The notes beneath the pieces are model-generated. The model was not told the origin of the DNA. It saw only the letters and a list, made by a program, of their open reading frames with translations, and did not search any database. DNA of 64,000 nucleotides from positions 23,353 to 87,352 of the forward strand of contig JBGCFH010000036.1 of NCBI GenBank assembly GCA_045106825.1, in the 5' to 3' direction. Position numbers and translations under genes: made by a program. This DNA is from Saprospiraceae bacterium (lineage in GTDB: Bacteria; Bacteroidota; Bacteroidia; Chitinophagales; Saprospiraceae). The number at the start of each line of letters is the position of its first letter. The first letter of the stretch is position 1. Shown here in pieces: positions 1-7,645 of the stretch.

Positions 1-241
1 CTTTTATAACATCATTTGTCAACGAAAGTGCTTTTTTAACTTGTATTTCAAAGTTTGAGGTAGAATCTACAATCCATACTTCTGAGCCATCCGAAGGTTG
101 AGTAATAACGGCATTTTCGGGTGCATTTACCGTTAGAGAAATTCCGTATTTAATTAAATCAAATTCTACAGTTTTTACCTGTCCATTATTGCAAGCAGAG
201 AATAAAATAATTGTAAAAAGGATAAATACCAATCGTTGCAT
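1..241 (-). CDS. Lipoprotein, N-terminal part only (CDS runs off the left edge)
   Basis: The reverse complement opens with ATG (239-241) and reads MQRLVFILFTIILFSACNNGQVKTVEFDLIKYG... with no stop up to the edge. It has a signal peptide plus the lipobox LFSAC. It is absent from the ORF track because it is truncated. Confidence 0.55.
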   Translation of the reverse strand, partial: MQRLVFILFTIILFSACNNGQVKTVEFDLIKYGISLTVNAPENAVITQPSDGSEVWIVDSTSNFEIQVKKALSLTNDVIK

Positions 242-526
242 TATCAAGTTTTTTATAAGCATTATAGATTTTATTTGCTTCAAAAATAGCGTTTGATTTA
301 GATTTAAATGAGGGTTTTGCCATAATTTTTAAAATTAAATACGGAACAGCTTATAAAGGTTTAGTTTTTGTAAGATAATCATCATGTTATTGGAAATACA
401 TTATTATAATTAATATATGTAAAATTTTATTAATATATTTGTATTAATATCCAACCATGATTATTTACACAATTTTCTGAATTCAGGCATATTTATTATA
501 CACAACAACTAAAAGATAACCACTGT

Positions 527-2194
527 ATGAAGCGATTATTAACAACTTCACTTTTTATTTTTATTGTCGCCCTCAACCTTATTGCACAAAAAAACAGTGT
601 TTCGGTTGAAGGTTATGTATATGCTGACGATAACTCCGGATATATTAAATCTGCGACAGTCACCTTACTTACTGCCGATAGAAACTTTAGAGCAGAAGTC
701 ATTACAGACGATTTAGGAAAATTTGAGTTCAAAGTAAATCCTGATGAAGAATATAAAATTCGTGTCCGTAAAACAGGATTTAATAATGAAGAGCAAGATT
801 TTTCGACAATCAAACTCAAAGAATACGTTTCTCTGGAAGTCGCAATGCAACGAGCACCTGGTTATATTTTTGAAGCAACGATTGCAGATTGGCGGCCCGA
901 AAATAGCACAACGCCTGTTGATGCTATTGAAGGTGCTACAATTGAAGTATATAACAAGACAAAGCGGGAAGTTGTCTTAAACCTAAAGGATCACAAATAT
1001 CACTCGTTTCATTTTCGTATGGAACAAGGCAATGCTTATGTGATATTGATTCGTAAAGAGGGTTATTTTAACAAAAGAATCAATGCGAATATTTCGATTG
1101 ATGGTTGTATTTTATGTATTGAAGGTGTTGGAGTAACTCGACCTGGTGTTGCCGATAATTTATCAGATAATAATACAACTGGAACTTTAGGTGCAAATAT
1201 TTCTTTAAAGAAAATTACGGTTGATGAATCTATCAAAATTGATAATATTTATTATGATTTAGGTAAGTTTAATATTCGTAAAGATGCTACTTATGAGTTA
1301 GACAAATTGGTTTCTGTGCTAAAAGATAATCCACATATTTCTATTGAATTAAGTTCTCATACCGATAGTCGAGGTCAGAATAATTCAAATTTAAGTTTAT
1401 CACAAAGACGTGCAGAAGCAGCTGCTCAATATATGATTAGTCAAGGTATTCCAAAAAATAGAATCACAGCAAAAGGCTATGGCGAAACGAAACTGGTCAA
1501 CAACTGTAAAGATGGTGTAAATTGTTCTGAAAACGATCATCAAGAAAACCGTAGAACAGAGTTCAAAGTCACTTCTGTCACTGCAGATATTACTTCAAAA
1601 AAATCATTAGAAGAAATGATGGAAGAAGAGTTATTTGAAGAAGGTGTAGAAGAGTTGATGTTTCAAGAAGTCGTCCAAGTAAGTGAAGATGGAAGCGTCG
1701 CCAAACCTAATAATTCTGGTTCTAAAACCTCAACAAATCGTACCAGTCTTTTGGGTGAAGAAGAATATGTCAATAACTCCAAAAAGAAATCAAACAAACC
1801 AAATAAATCAATTATCAAATCGCAAGGTGTTGTAACAGCATATAAAATCAGTGATGATCCTTTTGCAAGTCCTCAACCTGTACCAAAACAATCGACATCG
1901 CCAGTTAATATTACTAAAACACCTCAAAAGATTCATAAAACTAAAAAGGTAAGTAAAAGCTATACAGGTTATAAAATAGAAATTTTAGTAGTAGATGAAC
2001 CGCTATCAGAAAATCATCAACTTTTCCGTGAAATGGGTGGAATCGAAATGGACGTGACAAGTCGTGGAAAATACGCTTATTTAGTCGGAAATTTTTCTAC
2101 TGAAAAATCAGCCAACCATTTTCTAAATAATGTCATCAAAGGACGTTATCCAGATGCTGAATTGCAACAGTATGATAATGGTAATCGGTTGTAA
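527..2194 (+). CDS. OmpA-family peptidoglycan-binding protein with CarboxypepD_reg-like N-terminus and SPOR-like C-terminus
   Basis: Signal peptide MKRLLTTSLFIFIVALNLIAQ. N-terminal regulatory-like beta-sandwich repeats (VEGYVYADD.., KIRVRKTGF). OmpA_C motif SIELSSHTDSRGQNNSNLSLSQRRAEAAAQYM..GYGE. Low-complexity E/K/S/P linker. C-terminal pattern YKIEILVV..GKYAYLVGNFSTEKSANHFLNNV typical of SPOR domains. Confidence 0.85.
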   Translation: MKRLLTTSLFIFIVALNLIAQKNSVSVEGYVYADDNSGYIKSATVTLLTADRNFRAEVITDDLGKFEFKVNPDEEYKIRVRKTGFNNEEQDFSTIKLKEYVSLEVAMQRAPGYIFEATIADWRPENSTTPVDAIEGATIEVYNKTKREVVLNLKDHKYHSFHFRMEQGNAYVILIRKEGYFNKRINANISIDGCILCIEGVGVTRPGVADNLSDNNTTGTLGANISLKKITVDESIKIDNIYYDLGKFNIRKDATYELDKLVSVLKDNPHISIELSSHTDSRGQNNSNLSLSQRRAEAAAQYMISQGIPKNRITAKGYGETKLVNNCKDGVNCSENDHQENRRTEFKVTSVTADITSKKSLEEMMEEELFEEGVEELMFQEVVQVSEDGSVAKPNNSGSKTSTNRTSLLGEEEYVNNSKKKSNKPNKSIIKSQGVVTAYKISDDPFASPQPVPKQSTSPVNITKTPQKIHKTKKVSKSYTGYKIEILVVDEPLSENHQLFREMGGIEMDVTSRGKYAYLVGNFSTEKSANHFLNNVIKGRYPDAELQQYDNGNRL

Positions 2195-2277
2195 AAAATT
2201 AAATAATAAAGAGGTTATATCAAAAGCCAAGAATCATTACAAATAGTATTTATTTTTATTTGTAATGAATTGAATTG

Positions 2278-2320
2278 AAGTCTACTAAAGTTTTAAACTT
2301 TAGTAGACTTGTTCTTTTTT
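2278..2320. terminator. Bidirectional intrinsic terminator between convergent genes
   Basis: Near-perfect 16-bp palindrome aagtctactaaagttt/aaactttagtagactt (2278-2310) followed by gttctttttt. The flank on the other strand is A/T-rich. Confidence 0.7.
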
Positions 2321-2354
2321 ATGGCTTTTGAGACAACCTCTTATGATTCAAATT

Positions 2355-4073
2355 CTATTTTAAAACTTTTTCTAATTCCTCAATTCTTCCCTTAATATCT
2401 TCAAATCTATCTGTATATTGTTTTACTTGTCGTTCTTCGATTTCTAATAAAGCATCAAAATCATCAAAATTTCGGTCGATTTTTTCCTTAATCGTATTGA
2501 TATAATCATTCAAACGATGACTAATATCAGTTTGTAACGCTTCTTTTCCTTTGGTAATCGCTTCATTATATTCTTCAAACAACTGTTTGCGTTTGGACGA
2601 AACGGTGAAACTCGAAATCGCTAAACCGATAACCGTCAAAACTCCTCCCGTAATATCGAAAACCATTCCTTGTGTAACCGTTGCTAAAATAACTCCGATT
2701 GCTGCCAAACCGCTTCCAGTTGCGATATTAGGCGAAAAATTATCTTCTTCTGGAAACATGGAAGCATCCGCAAAATTTTCTGATTTATTGATAAATGCTG
2801 AAAACTCATTTTGCAAATCTCTCAACACATTCGTCCGACGTTCGGACAAATCTGTAAAGATGTGTTGATTGTCTTTCAATACTGTTTTTGAATTACGGAT
2901 TTTCAAATCAATGATTTTCACCATTTGTTGAATATTATCCGCAATATCTCCTACTCCATTATTCAACTTTTCAGTTAATGACGTATTCAGTTCTGTTTCC
3001 AAGTTTTTTGCAACCTCATCTAACCAAGCTTTTGATGATTCTTTCTTAGAAAAAATAGACGCAAACGTTCGACGAAGTAAGGTAAAAAAGCCTAAACCTT
3101 CTTGCAATTTTTTTTCCGTTTTTAGTGTAATATTGTCATAACTATCAGTCATATTTTCAACCAAAACATCAACTTGCTTTTTTGATTTTGTGGCTTGTTC
3201 GTCCAGTGTTTCGGTAATATCTTTGCGGAAAGCAAAATCAGCTTCATATTGTTCTGACAATATTTCTAAACCAGATGAAATGCGTTTAGAAACATTTTGA
3301 GCGGTTTCCAGATTGTTTTTAAGTTTTAAAACAGGAGCTTGTCCGCCAGTGATATTCTCACGAATAAATCCACGAACGACTTTAAATCCACTGTTTTCAT
3401 TCCCTTCTTGTTCTTGCATCGCTGAGACAGCGAATACATTTGGATTTGAGATGCCTTTCTTTTTTGCTTGTTTAATAACACCATTGATATTCGTTTCCAA
3501 ATCGGCAGGTTTCATCAAATCCTTTTGTTGCAAAATAAAAATTACTTTCTTTTGCCAATCTTTGTGAATGTAATCAAAAAATTCCCAAGCAGATTGACGA
3601 TAAGGATTTTTGGCTTCAAAGACGAACACAATCAAATCACTTCCTGGAATAAATCTTTCTGTAATTTCTTGATGATGTTCAATAATCGTATTCGTTCCAG
3701 GCGTATCAACGATAGCGATTTCCTTTAGTATTTCAACAGGATAAAATATCTTTTTCAAATACGGATTGATGACAACGGTTTGTTCTTCTTTGCCATACAA
3801 AATCTGTTGAATCGTATCCGTACATGGATCAGGTGCAACTTTTGTAACTTCCTTATCCGCTTCTAATAAAGCATTCACAAAACTACTTTTGCCGACTTTC
3901 ACTTCACCGACAATCACAAACATAAACGGTTCATGAATGCGATTCCGTAGTTCACTAACCATTTCAGAAAGAGAAGCATTATTTATATCAATCGCCATCT
4001 GATGTAAGTCCTTCACGACTTCGACCATCTGAAAGCGATATTGTTGTAGTTGTTGATTTAATATTCGACTCAT
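2355..4073 (-). CDS. Bacterial dynamin-like GTPase
   Basis: P-loop GEVKVGKSSFVNALL, G3 DTPGTN, G4-like LQQKD. Long helical C-terminal half with a hydrophobic hairpin (GLAAIGVILATVTQGMVFDITGGVLTVIGLAISSF). Start moved to MSRIL (ATG at 4071-4073), because the 18 extra codons of the track ORF lie in a repeat-rich AT tract. Confidence 0.85.
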   Translation of the reverse strand: MSRILNQQLQQYRFQMVEVVKDLHQMAIDINNASLSEMVSELRNRIHEPFMFVIVGEVKVGKSSFVNALLEADKEVTKVAPDPCTDTIQQILYGKEEQTVVINPYLKKIFYPVEILKEIAIVDTPGTNTIIEHHQEITERFIPGSDLIVFVFEAKNPYRQSAWEFFDYIHKDWQKKVIFILQQKDLMKPADLETNINGVIKQAKKKGISNPNVFAVSAMQEQEGNENSGFKVVRGFIRENITGGQAPVLKLKNNLETAQNVSKRISSGLEILSEQYEADFAFRKDITETLDEQATKSKKQVDVLVENMTDSYDNITLKTEKKLQEGLGFFTLLRRTFASIFSKKESSKAWLDEVAKNLETELNTSLTEKLNNGVGDIADNIQQMVKIIDLKIRNSKTVLKDNQHIFTDLSERRTNVLRDLQNEFSAFINKSENFADASMFPEEDNFSPNIATGSGLAAIGVILATVTQGMVFDITGGVLTVIGLAISSFTVSSKRKQLFEEYNEAITKGKEALQTDISHRLNDYINTIKEKIDRNFDDFDALLEIEERQVKQYTDRFEDIKGRIEELEKVLK

Positions 4074-4160
4074 ATTTAAGTAATAGATAATAAGTAATAG
4101 GTAATAAGTATTCAATATCACTTGCAAACAAAATTGAGGACTTATTACCTACTACTTACC

Positions 4161-4185
4161 TGTCCCGAAATCTCGGTAGTTACTT
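4161..4185 (+). repeat. Copy 1 of a 25-nt palindrome-containing intergenic repeat (tgtcccgaaatctcggtagttactt)
   Basis: 21 of 25 positions are identical to the reverse complement of 20394-20418. The core cccga[a/g]atctcgg is self-complementary. Confidence 0.5.
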
Positions 4186-4670
4186 ACGAAGTCCAAAAGG
4201 TACAAAATGATTATTGGAAAAACAATATCTACAAATTTTAATTAAAAACTTACATTTCACACTTCATACCTCACACTTTAAAATGTACTTTTGTAGTTAA
4301 TATTAAAATTATATTTCATGTTTTGGTACGATTTTACGTGTAAAATCTTAGATAATTGTAGATGTGTTAAGGATATTTCCTATTCTAATATTTAGAAAAG
4401 TATAATATTTATTTTGTTGTGAAATAGTTTAATACATAACAAATAGTTTTAATATTACAAAAAGGTGCGGATTGCCTACCTAAATTTATCATATAAATCA
4501 AATATTTCTAAGGATGCTAAAAAATTGCTTTGAGTAGCCATTTTTGATTGTTATCAACGATAGTATTTCTTATGAAAAATGAAGATTTTCAATGTACTGC
4601 CTTTTAAATATCATAAAAGGAAATCAAAAAAGTACCTTGATTTTTTATTTAAACCGAAAAAAAGTTCATC

Positions 4671-7454
4671 ATGAGCCAAAAGTTTACACTTAAACTTAGC
4701 TTCCTTATTGTATTTCTAATCAGTTGTTTTTCCATAAATGCACAAGAAGAAACAACTGTAAACGGAGTTGTTGTCGATGCGATAAATGGAGAAATTCTGC
4801 CTGGCACAACTATTATTATCAAAGGAAAAGTATTAGGTACAACAACTGATTCGAATGGAGAATTCAATTTTGTTATTACATTACCACCTCCATTCACTTT
4901 GGTTTTTTCATCAGTTGGATATAATATTAAAGAAGTCGAAGTTACCGAAGTTTATCAAGATTTAGAAGTTCGATTGCGTTCTGAAGTTATATTAGAAGCA
5001 GATTATGTTATCTCGGCTTCTCGTTTTGGAGAGTCTGTATTACAATCACCTGCTGATATTTCTAAATTAGATGCGAAAGGAATTATTCTAAGTCCTGAAT
5101 ATAATTTTTATAATTCAATATCGAATTTACCGGGTATCCAAATGAATAGAAATAGTTTGACTTATAACTCTCCAAATGTTAGAGGTTTTGCAGGTATCTC
5201 AAATCCTCGTTTTGTTCAAATTATTGATGGAATGGATAATTCGCCTCCAGGTTTAAATTTTGCATTAGGAAATTTAGTTGGTGTACCAGAATTAGATGTA
5301 GCGGAAATGGAGTTGACTTCTGGACCTGCATCAGCGATTTATGGGCCAAATGCCTTCAATGGTGTTTTATATATGAGTACCAAATCACCTTTTGATTATC
5401 GAGGTATTAGTGCTTACGCCAAAAACGGTTTGACCGTACAAGATGCAGCTGGGACAAATCCATTTATTGAAGCCGGTTTTCGTTATGCAAAAGTTTGGGA
5501 CGATATTTTAGCACTAAAAATCAATGCTACTATTTTTGAAGGTACAGATTGGTATGCAACCGATTATTCAGACAATGATTTGCATCCTTTTAATAATGGA
5601 ATCAAAGGAAGTTCAGAAACAAATCCATCGTATGATGGCGTGAATTTGTATGGCGATGAAATTGCAACAACCTTAGATTTAGATGCAATTACAGGAGCGC
5701 CTACAGGAACTTTTGGAGATATTCATGTAGCTCGTACAGGTTATCGTGAAGTTGATTTGACTGATTATAACGCAAAACAAATCAAAGCAGATGCTGCTTT
5801 GCATTACCGCTTAACCGATGCAGTGGAGTTGATTGGAAGTTATAAATTTGGTTCAGGTCAAACATTATTTCAAGGGGCGAATCGCTATAACTTCCGTGAT
5901 TTATTTATGCAACAAATTAAGTTAGAAGCACGAAGTCAAGATTTTTTCTTACGTGGTTATACCAACTTAGAAAACTCAGGAAACTCTTATGATATGCGTT
6001 TTGCAGGTTGGAATATGAATCGTTTTTGGAAATCAGATACAGACTGGTTCACAGAATATGCTGGTGCATATTTGGGTGTTGTACCAGGAGTTGATAGTGC
6101 GAATCATACAGCTGCGAGAGCTTTCGCAGATAGAAATCGTTTAGAGCCAGGTTCTGATGCATTTGTTGCTGCGTTAGATTCTATAACAGGTTTGGCAGAT
6201 TTGACACAAGGTGCAAGATTCTTAGATCGTTCGGCAATGTATCATCTTGAAGGTCAATATGATTTCTCAAATTATTTGGATGATATTGAACTACAAATCG
6301 GTGGTAATTTCCGTTCGTTTCAGTTAGTTTCTGATGGCACATTGTTTAATGATAGTGAAAATGAACCGATTACAAACTTTGAGTTTGGTGCTTATGCCCG
6401 AGGTGCTTTATACTTCCTTGATGATAATTTGAAGTTGGCTTGGGCCGCTCGATTCGATAAAAATCAAAATTTTAAAGGTCAAATCACGCCTCGTGCTGCT
6501 TTGATTTATTCAGCAGGAAAAAATAAAGAGCATAATATTCGTTTTGCATTTCAGACTGGCTTCCGTAATCCTACGACTCAAAATCAGTATATTAACTTAG
6601 ATATTGGTGTTGCCAATTTATTAGGTGGTGTTGAAGATAATGTGAATAATTATTCTAAAACATTTGCTATAAATGATTCTACCAACATAACATTGAATGG
6701 AAAACAAGTCTATGATAATTCTTATACAGCTGCTTCCGTTCAAGCTTTTGCTCTTTCTGGAAATCCTGAAGATTTAGAGCAATCAGATATTCAATTTGTT
6801 GCACCAGAACGAGTAACAACTTATGAAATTGGTTATCGTGGAATCATCAACAAACGCTTATATTTAGATATCAATGCTTATCGCAATACATATCAAGACT
6901 TCATTGCTAATATCAATGTTGTTACGCCTCTGACAGGAAGTGTTACGGATTTAACAGGTGTTGCAGCATTGGCGTCTGGACAATCTTCTATCTACCAATT
7001 GGCAACTAATGCAGCAGGAAAAGTAAATTCTTTAGGTGCAGGTCTTGCCTTTGAATATGCCGTGACACAAAGTATTCGTTTTTCGGGTAATTATAATTTT
7101 GCAAATTTTGATATTGTTGATGCAAATCCTGATTTAGTACCAGGATTTAATATGCCAAAACATCGCTTTGGTGTAGGATTGACGAATAACAATATTTTCG
7201 GTGGATTTGGATTTTCAGTTCGCTATAATTATTCAGGTAGTTACGAATGGCGTTCGCCATTCGGTAATGGTACGATTGACGCATATAATACTTTAAACGC
7301 TCAAGTTACCTATCAAGTACCAAATAGTAAAGTTGCTTTAAAATTCGGTGGAAATAATATGCTTGGTACAGAATATCGTACATCATTTGGTACACCAAAC
7401 ATTGGTTCTATCTTTTACTTTACGATTGTTTTTGATGAGTTAAATGATTTTTAG
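4671..7454 (+). CDS. TonB-dependent outer-membrane receptor (CarboxypepD_reg + plug + barrel)
   Basis: Signal peptide. CarboxypepD_reg segment VNGVVVDAINGEILPGTTIIIKG. Plug motifs NSPNVRGF and IDGMDN. About 700 aa of beta-barrel-like sequence ending in a terminal aromatic residue (..LNDF). Confidence 0.9.
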   Translation: MSQKFTLKLSFLIVFLISCFSINAQEETTVNGVVVDAINGEILPGTTIIIKGKVLGTTTDSNGEFNFVITLPPPFTLVFSSVGYNIKEVEVTEVYQDLEVRLRSEVILEADYVISASRFGESVLQSPADISKLDAKGIILSPEYNFYNSISNLPGIQMNRNSLTYNSPNVRGFAGISNPRFVQIIDGMDNSPPGLNFALGNLVGVPELDVAEMELTSGPASAIYGPNAFNGVLYMSTKSPFDYRGISAYAKNGLTVQDAAGTNPFIEAGFRYAKVWDDILALKINATIFEGTDWYATDYSDNDLHPFNNGIKGSSETNPSYDGVNLYGDEIATTLDLDAITGAPTGTFGDIHVARTGYREVDLTDYNAKQIKADAALHYRLTDAVELIGSYKFGSGQTLFQGANRYNFRDLFMQQIKLEARSQDFFLRGYTNLENSGNSYDMRFAGWNMNRFWKSDTDWFTEYAGAYLGVVPGVDSANHTAARAFADRNRLEPGSDAFVAALDSITGLADLTQGARFLDRSAMYHLEGQYDFSNYLDDIELQIGGNFRSFQLVSDGTLFNDSENEPITNFEFGAYARGALYFLDDNLKLAWAARFDKNQNFKGQITPRAALIYSAGKNKEHNIRFAFQTGFRNPTTQNQYINLDIGVANLLGGVEDNVNNYSKTFAINDSTNITLNGKQVYDNSYTAASVQAFALSGNPEDLEQSDIQFVAPERVTTYEIGYRGIINKRLYLDINAYRNTYQDFIANINVVTPLTGSVTDLTGVAALASGQSSIYQLATNAAGKVNSLGAGLAFEYAVTQSIRFSGNYNFANFDIVDANPDLVPGFNMPKHRFGVGLTNNNIFGGFGFSVRYNYSGSYEWRSPFGNGTIDAYNTLNAQVTYQVPNSKVALKFGGNNMLGTEYRTSFGTPNIGSIFYFTIVFDELNDF

Positions 7455-7476
7455 AATAACACAGATATAATTTTGG

Positions 7477-7509
7477 AAAGGTCGAATACTTTGGTGTTCG
7501 ACTTTTTTT
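7477..7509 (+). terminator. Intrinsic terminator after the TonB-dependent receptor gene
   Basis: Stem aaaggtcgaa / ttcgactttt (one G-U pair), loop tactttggtg, then a T7 run (7503-7509). Confidence 0.7.
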
Positions 7510-7645
7510 ATAAAGATTATAATACAAAAACAAAAACGACTTCAAAGTCAAAAAGACCTCAAAGCCGCCAAAATTATTTCTAAAAGGCAAAAAGTAAATA
7601 AATTACATCAATACTTTCTTTATACCTCATACTTATTACTTAAAA

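Noticed and set aside
613-980. ORFs 613-819 (-) and 744-980 (+) overlapping the OmpA/SPOR gene. Similar overlapping ORFs occur elsewhere in the track, e.g. 2551-2868, 3313-3728, 13856-14541, 16062-17305, 21602-24292, 35609-35974, 47463-47792, 51040-51450, 60685-60999, 62708-63310.
   Set aside because: All are nested in or antisense to much longer ORFs with clear family signatures. None shows a motif of its own.
4074-4127. 18-codon N-terminal extension of the dynamin-like ORF (MQVILNTYYLLLIIYYLN).
   Set aside because: The extension is translated from an AT-rich repeat tract (acttattacc-type units and a 10-bp inverted repeat ggtaataagt/acttattacc). The internal ATG at 4073 (MSRILNQQ..) gives a sensible N-terminus.
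4127-4137. aaaattgagga is shared between 4127-4137 and 20470-20480, which suggested a larger repeat together with the palindromic 25-mer.
   Set aside because: At 20464-20478 the string is simply one arm of the terminator hairpin. Orientation and spacing relative to the 25-mer differ between the two sites. It is probably chance similarity in AT-rich DNA.
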